A stretch of 64,000 nucleotides of DNA from Octopus sinensis (GCF_006345805.1 NC_042997.1:86924001-86988000), one strand, 5' to 3'; counted from the stretch's first letter, positions 11,601-24,808 are shown. Notes: generated by a model not told the origin, from the sequence alone. Made by a program: numbers and translations.

Positions 11601-12769
11601 TATATATATATATATATAATTCCATACATACATAGACATATAAACACTTAAACACTCATATACATACACACACACACACACACATACACATATATATATA
11701 TATTTAGTCTGTGTTTGTGTGTGTGTGTGTGCGCGCGTGCATATAATCATAATAATTTTTTATCAATTTTCGTTCTTTGTAATGCTTTAATATACCTCTA
11801 CCTCCTCACTCTCTCTCTTTCTCTCTTTTCTCTCTCACTCTCGCCTTCTCTATATTTCTCCTTTGGTTACTCCTCAAAGCGGATTGGGCTAGCCTATCAA
11901 GGGAAAGTCTTTCTCTCTTAAAACCTTATCTTCTTTTTATTTCCCATATTTATGTATTTATGTATTTATTCTAAGCAGTGTACATCATAAATAAATAACT
12001 AAATAAATACATACATAAAAATATATATATAGCGGCCATATTACTCTTTTTATTGTCTTTATTTTTTTTTCTCCTATACCTCCCATTTCTCGTTGAGTCC
12101 ATTGTCTCGCTTGTATTGGGTTGGTTCCCACGTAAGGGAGCACCTGTCGGTTTGAGCACGTGACTGTCGGCTCGTGCGGCATGTGCCTTTGTCGCGCGCC
12201 GCCATTTTATTTTATTTGCTTTTGTTCTTTTTTCCTTGGTGTAAAGTATATTTACTTGCACATTCGTTATGTATTTTAAGTGAGTGTGTGTGAGTGTGTG
12301 TGTGTGCGTATGTGTGTGTAATTATTAATATATGTATACATATATGTGTGTGTGTGTGCGTGTATGTTTACACACATACACACGGTGCTAGCATATATGT
12401 GTGTATAATAAGGGTCAGTGAAATATGTGCATGCGCGTGTGGATTATGTCTGTCTGCCTGTCTGTCTGTGTGTATGTATGTATGTATTTTGTATTGAAGT
12501 AATCACACACTTTTCATGCTGACTATACTTTGTCTAAAAGGTGATGTGTGTGTGTGTGATGTGTTGGCTCTAACGGTAGAAATGGGGTAATAATAATGTT
12601 TGTGGTAGTGGTAGTGGTGGTGGTGTCGGCTGTGGCGGTGATGGTGTCAGTGGGGATGGGATAGCTAAGTGCTTGGGTTGGTTACTCGCTCCCGTATATA
12701 TGTTTGTGTGTAGATAGAAGGGTAACATTGACAGCAGGCGATGTATGTGCGGGATGTTTTAGTCAAATG

Positions 12770-12960
12770 GTACCCTTTGGCTGAGCAAACGAATTTGTAT
12801 CAAATTTATTCCAGCCGCGACCATTCCATATTTTAAAGTGTATCCAGGACTTCATTATTTAAAGTTTCATACCTTTTGTAAGTCATAAAAGTTGTGATCC
12901 GAGGGGTATTTGGCTACTGTTTCAAGCCGGTAGAATAATCACGTACAGGCTCCTTGTTGG
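12770..12960 (+). repeat. Unclassified interspersed repeat family D (other copies about 20570-20770, 25430-25640, 41630-41815, 44590-44720, 49170-49410)
   Basis: Shared blocks ttccagc(c/t)g(c/t)gacca and g(t/c)gatttgaaggagattt(a/g)gc..ctatt recur in both orientations. Confidence 0.5.
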
Positions 12961-13094
12961 TGGAGGTTATGCGCTGCAAAGGGTAAAAACTGAACGGAGA
13001 GATAGGGATTGTTTTGGTGAATTGTATAGATAAACAGTAGGAGGGAGCAAATTCTTGGTAGTGGCGTTTCCTTTTTTCTTTTTGTATTTCATTA

Positions 13095-13460
13095 TTTAGT
13101 TTTATTTCAAGATTTCTTACGATAGAGAAAGAGCCGGTTTCTAACCTAGATCCAAGGCTCCCTCATTGGAATTCCAAAAACATCAACGGAGTATTTTTGT
13201 ATGTATGTATGTATGTATGTATGTATGTATGTATGTATGTATGTATGTATGTATGTATGTATAAATGTATGTATCTGTGTATGTTATGTGCAAATTTGTA
13301 TGCTTTGTTTTATGTATATATTCTCATGCATATAGTTGCATATCTAGACATGCTAATATATACTTAAATGATAAACTTCTGGAAAGCTTTACAGATTTTT
13401 ACAGTTCCAGTGATGGCTTGGATCTGTAGCCTTCGTAACAGCTTTCTTCTTTCTGGTTTT
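13095..13460 (-). mobile_element. R4/Dong-like LINE 3' end
   Basis: Near copy of 3745-4080 including gatttctt...gaaagagccggtttctaacctagatc, (TATG)n and aaatgataaac.tctggaaag. Confidence 0.8.
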
Positions 13461-13689
13461 GAGGAGCCTAATTTCTCAAGATTGGTATTAATGCAGTGTG
13501 TTGTATATCCAAATAATTATAGGTATATTTATGTATGTATGTATGTATGTAAGTGTATGTACATCATTTTTCAGTTTTATTTGAAGATTTCTTGCCAGTA
13601 ATCATAGGTATAAACCTGAACTTGTAAACTGGATTGAGTAACTATAGATTCTTCAATAGTTCAGCGTATTTTTTTTTCGCTGATATATA

Positions 13690-13756
<67 letters not shown>

Positions 13757-14073
13757 TCGTGGGCAATCTATCATACGAATGGTATACAGTGCATTAATTT
13801 GGCAACATCATGTAGTAACGATGACATTTTCGGGCTTCTACTGATCACATGTGCAACGTCTTCCATAGAAGTGCGATATAAACGATACTTTTGTTTGCAT
13901 CTTGGGGACTTAAGGGCATCAATTTTGTTCATGATTGTTCACGTCTCTTTTGTTCATTAGGTATTTCGAATCTATTTTCTTTCTCCTCTCGGACTGCAAA
14001 AGCCTAACCTTCAAGAAGTGACATGATATAACAATTACGAGTTCAAGAGTGGCTAAATTTCATGCTGATATTG

Positions 14074-14267
14074 ATTTCAAATTTTGGCATAAGGCCAGTA
14101 ATTTCGGGAGATGGGTAAGTCGACTGGACCGCACTTATTTTATCGACCCCGAAAAGATGAAAAGTGAATTCGAACTCGGCGGAATTTGAACTCAGAACGT
14201 GAAGATGGGCGAAATGACGCTAAGCATTTTGCCTGGCATGCTAACGATTCTGTCAGCTCACCGTCTT
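14074..14267 (-). mobile_element. SINE family A
   Basis: tttcaaattttggc...atttgaactcagaacg...ctaacgattctgtcagctcaccg. Confidence 0.85.
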
Positions 14268-14295
14268 ACTCTAAATTAATATTATCATTTTCCTC

Positions 14296-14452
14296 TTGCC
14301 GGGCAAAATGCTCAGAGGCATTACGTCCTTCCCAAAGTTCTGAGTTCAAATTCCACCGATGTCAACTTTGCCTTTCATACTTTCGAGGTTGATAAAATGA
14401 TTACCAGTTGAGCACTAGGGTAGATGTAATCAACTCACTCTCTCCCTCAAAT
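14296..14452 (+). mobile_element. SINE family A, head-to-head with the previous copy
   Basis: gccgggcaaaatgct...gttctgagttcaaattccaccgatgtcaactttgcctttcat. Confidence 0.8.
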
Positions 14453-14454
14453 CT

Positions 14455-14730
14455 GCAAACTTACAGTAAACATACCCATGCATAACCATTTTTTGTGTTA
14501 GGCAGAGAGTTTCTGTTTTAGGTCTTTGTTGAGGTATGCTATTCCTGCACTCCTGTGTTCATATGAGAGGTCTCTGAGAAGTGAGTACTTCAAGAAGAAC
14601 TCACGACTGATTTGCAGAATGTTACTTTTAAGCACTTGGTTCATTTAATTATTTTTACTGCTGCTGTATAGCAGATGGTGTCACACTGCATTCAAATGCT
14701 ATCTGCACTGATCTTAAGTCTCTTCTTATT
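14455..14730 (-). pseudogene. R4/Dong-like LINE fragment, collinear with 13095-13460
   Basis: Minus strand RLKISA/RSVQIAFEC...KMVMHGYVYCK parallels the 7420-7720 segment (SVQT..., EVMHVHV). Confidence 0.55.
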
Positions 14731-14929
14731 CACGCATGCATGTAATATATGCATGCATGAATGCATGTATGTATGTATGTATGTATGTATGTATGTATGT
14801 ATGTATGTATGTATGTATGTGTGTATGCATGTATAACACACTGTGTGATAAGACGATAACGACGTTATCGTTGAAGATTATAATGCAATGGAGGTAGTTT
14901 AGCAAGGAGAAACGGCTGGAAGTGTGCGC

Positions 14930-15797
14930 GTGTGTCTGTGTGTGTACGTGTGTGTCTGTGTGTGTGTGCGTGTATGTGTGTGTAAGTGTTTGGTATAAGT
15001 TGAAGTTGGTGTGGTGGGAGTGAGGTTGATGGTGATGGTGGTGGTGGTGGTGGTGGTGGTGGTGGTGATGAAGTGTGGTAGGGAGAGAGTTGACAGTGAC
15101 ATGGATGGTGTGCGGGTCGTTCGTGTGCGTGCCTGCGTGATGTGTGGTGATGGTTTAGTGAAGTGGTTAGGGAGAAGTCGGGAAAGAGCGAGAGCAGGTG
15201 AGGCGGAGTTTGAAAAAACAACAACAACAGTTTATTCGCCACCAACATTACCATTCAGCATTCCCTTTATTTAGCCTGCTGTTGTTGGTGATGGTGGCGA
15301 TTATGGTAGTGGCGGCGGTGATAGTGGCTATAGTGGTGGTGGTGGTGGCGTTGAAGGTTACGGTGAGGATAGTGCGTCTGTTTATTGGTGTTTTTTTGTG
15401 TGTTTTCTTTTTGCTGTTGTTGGTAATTGTGGTTATGATAATGTTGTGTGTGGTGGCAGTTTTGATGTTTATCATAGCGGTGGTTGAGGTGATGATAGCG
15501 TTGCCGACGGTAGTGGTAGTTGTGGTAGTGGGGGTGGTTTTAGTGGGTGGTGGTGCTGATAGTAGTGGTGGGGTGGTGGTGGCGGCAGTTGTGGTGGTAG
15601 TGGTTTTGGTGGGGAGTAGTGGTGTTTGTGGTGGTGGTGGTGGTGGTGGTGGTGGTGATATAAGAGTAATAGTTGGCGGTATGGGTTGTGTAGTGATAGA
15701 GGTGAGAGGTGATAACGTTGGTAATGATGGCAGTGGTGCGGGTGTTGGAGATTTTGCTGTTGTCAGTGGTGACGATCATGTGGTGGTGGTGGTGGTG

Positions 15798-15830
<33 letters not shown>

Positions 15831-16010
15831 ATGGTGGTGGTGGTGGTAGTAGTAGTAGTAGTAATAGTAGTAGTAGTAGTAGTGGTGGTGGTGGTAGTAG
15901 TAGTAGTAGTGGTAGTGGTGGTGGTGGTGGTAGTAGTAGTAGTAGTAGTTAGTAGTAGTAGTAGTACAGCAGCAGTAGCAGTAGTTGTAGTGGCAGTGGT
16001 AGTGATGTAA
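14930..16010. repeat. About 1.1-kb compound GT/(GTG)(GTA)(GTT) microsatellite block
   Basis: Direct reading; the plus strand is strongly G/T-rich; produces the Val-rich 270-aa ORF artefact. Confidence 0.9.
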
Positions 16011-16334
16011 GATAGTTATTGTCCTTGTTTCGCTCCAGGTTGAACACTGAACGGGAGTAGGAGTACGAACCTACACACACACACAGATATTTATATGCAT
16101 GTATGTAGGTATGTATATATGTGTTTGTGTATGTATATATATATAGATATACACAAACACATATACGTATATATACACGCATACACACACACCCACCCGC
16201 ATACACACAGGCACACACACACACACACACACTCACACACATATATATGTATACGCATGTTTATATATATATATAATTCTCAAGTTTGTCGGCGTGCCTC
16301 CCAAGGTCACCGCCCTGTTCAAACAGCTCTATAG

Positions 16335-17245
16335 CACTGTTGGTTCCCTACCAACACTGCCACCTATTCAACTGTGTCATCGATTATCTGATGTTCAAGG
16401 TCTGTGAGTAAGTTTGTGGTGTTACCTTCGGGAACTACCACCTTATCGATCTGGAGTATATGCAGATGATACCACCCTATTCAGCAACTCGATCGACTAG
16501 CTAAGGCATGCACTGACCATATATCGAGAGGAATCAATAAAGCTTGACCTTCAGGTGAGTTGGGTGAGGACCAGGCTGCTGTATATCGACGATGGCCTAG
16601 ACTCTAATCCAATCCATATTGGCACTGACATCATGGAGTTTGCCAGCTTCTTCATGTATCTGAGCTCCACGGTCACTCATAATAGAAATCTGACGCCAAA
16701 GAGCAACCGCAGACGTGGTCTGGCCGCAGAGGTCATGTAGTTCCGATGGAAGCCTCTTTGGTGCTGTGTTCTATCTTCCGGAAGACGAAACTCCGCATCG
16801 GTCCTCTCATTTCTCCTCTATAGCACAGAAACGTGGACCCTCACGAAGGCCCTGGCAAAGAGGATCGACAGCTTCGATAGCAGAAACCAGAGGGCCATCG
16901 AGAACATCAGATGGTACCATAACGTTCAAACGAAGAGCTGCGCGCGCGCACGCATCAGGCTTTAATCTTCCATCTCGTAGCCATCCAATGCATTCGCTGG
17001 TATGGTCGTTTCCTCCGTTTCCCACCAGATCATGCCACCAGAGCCTTACTCTCATTCGATGCAGTAACTGAACGTGATTAATGAAGATGGCTGGACGTGA
17101 TTAATGAAGATCTCCAGAGACACGACGTCATCTTGGGGGATGCACGGGGTTTGGCACGGGAACGCCAGTGATGGGGGTACCCGTGGACCTGGACAGCTCT
17201 ACGTGCGATGACACCGCTGGGACCGCTAACCTGGGATGACCCCAT
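16335..17245 (+). pseudogene. RTE-clade LINE, RT domain to 3' end, decayed
   Basis: LPPIQL/LFNCVIDYLM...GVTFGNYHLIDLE/YADDTTLFSNS...QVSWVRTRLL...FMYLSS...RKTKLRI: RTE YADD region and thumb with frameshifts and stops. Confidence 0.85.
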
Positions 17246-17849
17246 CCCTTTCGACCCTAACAGGAATCCTTCACAAATACTACCACACTGGGTCAGAGCG
17301 GACCTGAGAATAGTGAAGAAAAAGGTGTGACACAGTTCCGAGCAGGAGATTCACTACGGAATGCAGAACAGAAATCTTATAATAATGAAATAATATTTTA
17401 ATATATAGTCTTGTAAAAGCACCGGACAAAATATTTAGCGCAAGTTCTTCCAGTTTTATGTTCTGTGTTCAAATGTCACCGAACTTTGCTCTTCATCTTT
17501 TCGGGCCTTGTACCTATAGTAGGAAGAAATATAGTCTCGGATTTTTAAAACAGAACAAATGAAATTGTCTGATGCTCATAGCCTTTTCTAATGCATCGAC
17601 ATAATAAAACGAATTTGCTTCACTTGCACATCTAAGTATGTTAGCATTGAAGACTTAGCTTGTTATGATTCAAATGAAAGACGACTTAACTTATTGACTT
17701 CTCTGCGTCTGATTCACATCCTCCAAACACCGGGGCCATCTGAAGGCATGAGCCCACTGAGTAAGTTGTCTAGGGCTCCTCGCGGGTCTAGTGATTCAAT
17801 TCCGATCTATGTATATCATGACTTGCTGCTAATAAAAAATACTAAGACG

Positions 17850-17939
<90 letters not shown>

Positions 17940-18309
17940 ATACAATCCACCGGTGGTTTCAGTGATGCTTATTCCAGTTGTTCAGTCAACTGAACTTCTT
18001 ACCATTCGTATTATAGCGTGAGAGGCCGAGTGTTATCTTTAACGTGAGTCTCCAGCAGAATAAGCCTCACACAACGTGTGATGAAGTTAGTTATTACAAT
18101 AGCTGGTATAATCCATTCAACGTGTTTCTGCACAGTTTCCAACCCCACGTAATTTCATTTCACAAGTGTTGTATTTACTTGAGGATATAATAGAAGATAT
18201 CAGGATACGATGCGGAGGGCTGAAGCCCAGAAACCATGATTACGAAACGAACTTCTTAACCATTTGGCCGTATATATATTGTGTGTGTGCATTTATAATA
18301 CACACTCGC

Positions 18310-18350
<41 letters not shown>

Positions 18351-18648
18351 TACACATAAATGCATACATACATAAACATACGTGCGTCCGCATATACACT
18401 TAGTAAAACACTCTTGTTTTTGAAAAAAGACCCATAAAGTTGGTCCACGTCTTATAAAAAAAGTCAAAGTTAAGGGTAAAGGCAAGTGATAGTCCAAGAA
18501 AGAACACCCAAATCAAAATGGATCTCATAGGCTCGTGCACCATTTATAAGGTGTCAAATATAGTATATACATATACTTACCTTCATTCATACACATAATC
18601 ACGCATATGGTTGATGATTCCAACCTAGCCAGGGGCGAGTAGTTTTTA

Positions 18649-19032
18649 GGCGTAGGCGTGACTGTGTGGTAAAAAGCTTGCTTCCCAACCATATGGTTCT
18701 GAGTTCAGTCCTACTGTGTGGCACTCAGGACAACGGTCTTCTACTATAGCCGCAGGCCGATCAAAGACTAATGAGTGGATTTGATAGACGGAAACTGAAT
18801 ATTTATATATGTATGTATATGTATGTGTGTGTTTGTGTCCGTGTTTCTCCCCCTCCCACCAGTTAACAACCGGTCTTGGTGTGTTTGCGTCCCTGTAACT
18901 TAGCAGTTCGGCAAAAGAGAAAGATAGAATCAGTATCAGGCTTAAAAAGAATAAGTACTGGGGCTGATTCCTTCGATTAAAAATTCAAGGCGGTCCCTCA
19001 GCATGACCGCAGTCTAATGACTGAAACATGTG
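18649..19032 (+). mobile_element. SINE family B, full structure (head, microsatellite, tail)
   Basis: ggcgtaggcgtgactgtgtggtaaaaagcttgcttcccaacc...gacggaaactg...aaggcggtccctcagcatgaccgcagtctaatgactgaaac. Confidence 0.88.
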
Positions 19033-19294
19033 ATCGAATAAAAGAATACAATTAGGGCCGCTAACACTATGTAAGTTATCGCAACACCGTTGAAAGTTTT
19101 GTCTGTTGTGATGATATAATGTAGCATGGAAAAATCAAACTGGCGGAGAGCCTCTATTGAGCTATACACTTTACCAAAAAAAGGCAGGTACGAGAAATCT
19201 ATGAAGTATATTGCTCATCCGATTGCTTAACAAACCAACCAATTAACCCGCTGTAATAATTTGTACAGAGTCGCCTAGTTTCTCCTCTTTCCCT

Positions 19295-19479
19295 AGTCAT
19301 GTTGTGGTATTGGGTTTTGTTCTACTACGTGGCACATTGGACAAGTGTCTTCTTGTGAGTGGATCTGGAAGACGGAAACGGGAAGGAACTCGTTATGTGT
19401 GTATGTGTGTGTATGTGTGTGTAATAAAGGAATATGTAAAGATCATTATTTATACTTTGTCTTATATATGTATGTATGA

Positions 19480-19525
<46 letters not shown>

Positions 19526-19700
19526 CTTTGTGCTTATGCTGGTTTGTTTACGTCCCTGAACTTAGCGACTCATCAAAAGGGATCGATAAAAGTACCAGAT
19601 TTTAAAAAAATAAGTACCACTGTCGGTTTGTTCGTTTGAAACACTAGAAGGTGGCGCCCCAGCATGGCGACAGTCCAGTGATTGAAACAAGTAAAAGATA
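19295..19700 (+). mobile_element. SINE family B
   Basis: cgtggcacattggacaagtgtcttct...gacggaaac...ggcgccccagcatggcgacagtccagtgattgaaacaagtaaaag. Confidence 0.8.
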
Positions 19701-19938
19701 GAATATATCGTTACTATAACGGTCCCTTTTCTTCTGAACCCAGACCTACTCATTCGAACCAACTTTTCCTCTTACCATCACACTGTCTCATTCCCCAGAT
19801 CCTGCACTAATGAACAGTATTACTCAGTTGGTGACTGACTGGAAACTGCATTTCAAATGCCGTTATCTTACAATTCACAGTCATTTGGCAGCGTAATCAC
19901 TCGCACGTACTTTTTGAGGCAAATTAATTTCCATTGTC

Positions 19939-20359
19939 TAAAGGCGGCGAGCTGGCAGAAACGTTAGCACGCCGGGCGAAATGCGTAGCCGTATTTCGTC
20001 TGCCGTTACGTTCTGAGTTCAAATTCCGCCGATGTCGACTTTGCCTTTCATCCTTTCGGGGTCGATAAATTAAGTACCAGTTACGCACTGGGGTCGATAT
20101 AATCCACTCAATCCGTTTGACTGTCCTTGTTTGTCCTCTCTGTGTTTAACCCCTTGTGAGTAATAAAGAAATAAGTATTTCGTCTGTTTAAACGTTCTGA
20201 GTTGAAATTCCGCCGAGATCGACTTTGCCTTTCATCCTTTCGGGGTCGATTAAATAAGTACCAGTTACGCACTGGGGTCGATATAATCGACTTAATCCGT
20301 TTGTCTGTCCTTGTTTTTCCCTTCTGTGTTTAGCCCCTTGTGGGTAGTAAAGATATAAT
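19939..20359 (+). mobile_element. Young SINE family A dimer (full unit plus headless second unit) with 16-bp TSD
   Basis: attaatttccattgtc at 19923-19938 and 20360-20375; body repeated at about 19991-20212 and 20165-20355. Confidence 0.92.
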
Positions 20360-21784
20360 ATTAATTTCCATTGTCATTTGTTCATTTGTTACACGGAGTA
20401 TTGCTCATGATACTGCTACTGTTGTTATTGTTAATACCTAATTTCGGTCGGCCTCAGCTGAGCGGACCTCGGGAAGATTTTTAACGGCCGATTGAACGAT
20501 GAGGTACTGTCATCAGATCTAGTGTTCCAAAGATGGAATGGTTATTGCTGGAACGCATGTGAATACGGGGTGTTGTTTTTAGCCCTGTTCGTGTAGACCT
20601 ATGATCAAAAGTGTATTTCAGGTGCGACTATTCTGTATCGTTTCTTTTTTGTTCAAGCTCTGTATCTTGGACGGCATTGTCTCGTGTCATTCTGCCCTTT
20701 TTAAGATAGTTGGCGTGACTTGAAGGAGATTTAGCACCTATTTTTAGTTGATCAAGCGACTGCAAGATGCTGTTTGCATTGTTGGTGTTACTGCTGTTGT
20801 TGTTTGTTGTGGAGAAGTGGGTGATTGTGTAGATGCTAGGACTTAACGCGGGTAAGGAAGAAACTAACGCTGTTTCCTTAGTCATTACAAGTTCCACCTG
20901 CGCTTATCGCTCTCCCCATTATTTTTACTCAGCCTCTTTATCTCCTCCCTATTTTTTCTTTCCATCCCCTTCTCCTGCCTGTTATTCGACAACTTCCATA
21001 TCCTCCTTCTCCTGTCCTTCTCCTCCTCCCCTTCTTCCTCCTCTCATTGATTCTTCATCTACACAAATAAGTCTTGCTTCATTGGTTACCTTCATAGCTA
21101 TTTGCCGCGTGGTGTGAGTCAATCAATGTATGTCTGTATCTGCATTTCTTTTGTGTGTGTATGTGTGTTTGTGTGTGTGTGTGTACATGTTTGTGGGAGC
21201 GTGTGTGTATGTGTGTGTGTGCGTATGTATAGATGTGTGTGTGTGTGTGTGTGTGTATCATTGTATGTGCATGTATGTTTGTTTGGATGAGTAGATATGT
21301 TTCTATGTCTAGGGCTAACATGTCGCTGCTTGCTAGACGGTCAAGCGTTCGTACACTGCTCTTATTGAAGGAAGCTTTCCTTCAGCTGAGATTTTTAATA
21401 TTTATTCTTTCTTTTGATCTCTCCTTTATCTTTTACTCTTCATCCTTTACCCCTTTCTTTCATTATTCTCATTCTTTTATTTCCTTTTTTAGCTTTTCTT
21501 TCTCTTTGTCCTTTATTTTCTGTTCTTTTAAACCTACATTTCCCGCCATTGCTAATTTTTATCGGGGAGAAAAAAAATTACTGCTCAAGTTTCACTTTCG
21601 GTTTTGGTTTCAGTTTCGGTTTACACGAAATTACATATTATATACATATACAATTTACATACACATAAATACATGTGTATTGTCAGAAACAGACTTGCAA
21701 ACATACGCGCACACGCGCGAACGCACGCACGCACACACACACACACACACACAAACAGATATGTGTGTGTGTGTATATATATAA

Positions 21785-21836
<52 letters not shown>

Positions 21837-21837
21837 G

Positions 21838-21985
21838 CACAACGGGCTTCTTTCAGATTTCGTCTACTAAATCCACTGACAAGGCCCGAGGCTGTAGTAG
21901 AAGACACTTACTGAAAGCGTCATGCAGGTGGGCTTCACCTAGAATCATGCGGTTGTGAAGCAAGTTTCTTATCATTCAGTCATCC
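21838..21985 (-). mobile_element. SINE family B head/body
   Basis: gggcttctttcagatttcgtctactaaatccact...gtagtagaagacactt. Confidence 0.75.
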
Positions 21986-22047
21986 TTATGCCTATGTGTG
22001 TGTATATATATACATACATACACACACACACACGCGCACACATACAT

Positions 22048-22085
<38 letters not shown>

Positions 22086-22357
22086 GTACATATACATATA
22101 TTTAAAATCATTTCGCTGAGGAATCCGATACTAATAACCAGTTGTTAGAACTCAATATATTTATGCTTTAGAGTAAAGCGTTAGGAAGGTACAGAGTGTC
22201 ATATTAATTAATTGATGACAAAAAAGCAAGCGTTGCATAACCACCCTCGTTAGCTTTAGGCTGTTTCTGCCATAATAGTTATAATATTAATATTATTGAA
22301 TGACAATAATTCTTATTTTTAATAGTAATAGTAATTATTATTAAAGTGAGGCAAAGA

Positions 22358-22560
22358 TAGCGAGCTGGCAGAATCGTTAGAACGCTGGACAAAATGCCTA
22401 GCAGCATTACGTTCTGAGTTCAAATTCCGCTGAGGTCGTCTTTCAGGGTCGATAAAATAAGTACCAATTGATCACTGGTGTGGGGGATGGGGATCGATGT
22501 AATAGACTGCCTTCCTCCCAATGAATTTCAGGCCATGTGTACCTGTAATAGAAAGGATTA
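22358..22560 (+). mobile_element. SINE family A whose ATT tail is interrupted by the Chapaev element
   Basis: gcgagctggcagaatcgttag...gttctgagttcaaattccgc...aatagaaaggatta. Confidence 0.82.
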
Positions 22561-24808
22561 CACTGGTTAACAAAATGAAGCTTTTTTTTTAATCAGAGTT
22601 GCTGATTACGAATCTTAAGTCCGATTTCCTCTATAAGGTCACATTTTCATGTTAATGATATCTGCTTTTTTAAGTAATAGGATACGTAAAGCATGTCTAT
22701 GTAAAGTATATTAAATACAAGATACGATAATTTTATGACTTTTTTATTGTACCAAATTAAAATTATTGTGTACACTCAAAAGTTAGTATACACTCAAATG
22801 CATATTAACTTAAAATCTTTGGGATTTGAACTTTCTATGGTGTTTTGTCTCAGGTTCATCATCCCTGTATAACATCCAACAGTAGTTAGCTAACATTCCT
22901 GCATTCCAAAATCCTTGAAATCGTTGTTCCCTTGATGAAATATCTTGATGAAAGCGTTCCTCTTGCTCATCAGACACTGCTCCAAGGTTCTCTGCAAAAA
23001 AGTCCGGATGTGAATCAAGGAAATGGAATTTTAGTGACATCCGACAGCCCATTGCAGCGTAGGAGTCTAGAAGACATTTCACTCCATTTCTAAACTCTAG
23101 AGATCTCTTGTTGCCTAAGAAATTTTCACAGAGCCATTTGAAGGATTCCCAGGCTTTAGGCTCAATCTCATCCAGTGCTGTGAGGAAGTGGTTGTCTTTC
23201 AGGAGTTCTTTTATCTGCGGACCTATGAATACACCCTCTTTCAATTTTGTCTCGGTGATGTTTGGAAATTTGGCCTTCACATATTCAAAACCTTTTGAGC
23301 TTTTCCTGGCAAGTGTCTTCATGAATTGTTTCATGAGGCCAAGCTTTATGTGAAGAGGGGGAAGGAGAACATTTTCTGGGTTTGAAAGTGACTTATTCTG
23401 GACGCTAGAAACTCCCGGCTCATATGATTTTCGCAAAGGCCATTCTGATTGCACATAGTGCTTGTTAGTTGCACGACTGTCCCATAGACATAAAAAGCAA
23501 CAATATTTCGTGAACCCAGATTGCATTCCCATCAACATTCCAATCACCTTCAAGTCTTCACATATTTTCCAGCTGTAGTTTGTATACTTTACGGCATTGA
23601 GGAGTACTTGCATGTTTTCATAACACTCTCTCATGTGCACTGAATGTCCAATGGGAATGGATGGTTCCTTATTGCCGTTGTGTAGTAGTACTGCCTTGAG
23701 GCTTCTCTTAGATGAATCAATGAATAAACGCCATTCAGCTGGAACATGCTCTTGGAACAAACAGCGAAATAACTCATCAGTGTTATTACTGAAACAAAGT
23801 GGTCCAAAAACAGAGAAACATGAAGTCAGATACCTATTTATCTTCCTGAAATGAGTAATACAAACATATTTCTTAAGCAGACACTTTTCTTGTAAGCAAA
23901 ATGCTAATAGTTCAGCTTTATCCTTCGACAATGGCAAGTCTCTAACTAAATCATTTAACTCTCCTTGAGAAAATTTTTTTGGTACGTCTTCATGTTCAAT
24001 CGTGAAATCTGCATCCACTGCGGTGTCTTCCACAGCAGTAGTATTTTCTTCAGGAAATGCATCTTCGTCAGTCATCTGAAGGCAATTTTCTGGTGGTATT
24101 GGAATAGGAAGATTATCATCGTTGTGTGGTACTTGTCTTCTTGCTGATTCCAAGTTGGGATACACAATCTTATGCTTGGTCTTTATAGAAAACCCACATA
24201 CATTAACGTTGCAGAAATAACAGTCCATGAAATGACATTTCGGCTCTCTCCATATCATATGTATTGCAAACGGCATTGCTCTCTTCCTCTTATTTAGCCA
24301 ATCATTTTAGTCCATTTGAACAAGCTGAGCAGATGATGTGCGGGTCCCAACTCTTATTTTGATACCCGAGTGAGCAGCCTTAGTATAACTGGTAGATCTT
24401 CTTGATTTCACTTGTGATGGCACGTTGCTGAGCTTTTGTGGTAAATGAACCACAGATATCACAAACTATATCAGGACTGTTCTTGCAATGCCTTGAAATC
24501 CTGAATAGAATTTGATAATGATGATGACTTGGCACCTTAAACAGAAGGTAAAGTTTAGGAAAAGAAAAGATAATGGAAACATAAAATTACAAAATGAATA
24601 CAAACAGTTATAAAACAGAAGTCAGAATTTATCTGTATAAGATGTTTACGTGTAGCGATACTGCTGATGGGAGTTATATACCTCTCTTATCTCATCAGAA
24701 AAACTGTGCCCAATAGAAAGAAACCGATTACATTTTTGAAATCTGCGGACAAAACTACATATAAAACACCATATAGTATTCCTGATGAAAATTGGCTGTT
24801 GACCAGTG
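22561..24808 (-). mobile_element. Full-length Chapaev3-like (CMC superfamily) DNA transposon, 2248 bp
   Basis: Ends CACTGGTTAACA (22561) and TGTTGACCAGTG (24808), 11/12 inverted match; TTA on both flanks (22558-22560, 24809-24811); internal transposase. Confidence 0.88.
22810..24499 (-). pseudogene. Chapaev3-like transposase: 488 open codons (22810-24276) preceded by a broken N-terminal zinc-finger segment
   Basis: MPFA..IWREP..H..DCYFC, WRLFIDSSKRSLKAVLLHNGN, CCFLCLWDSR, LPPLHIKLGLMKQF, SDEQ.ERFHQD; upstream RHCKNSPDIVCDICG...PHIICSAC has ATT at 24497-24499, TAA at 24380-24382 and a +1 shift at about 24305-24308. Confidence 0.88.

Noticed and set aside
15198-16010. 270-aa Val-rich ORF as a membrane protein
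   Set aside because: Pure translation of (GTN)n microsatellites; no domain, no splice context.
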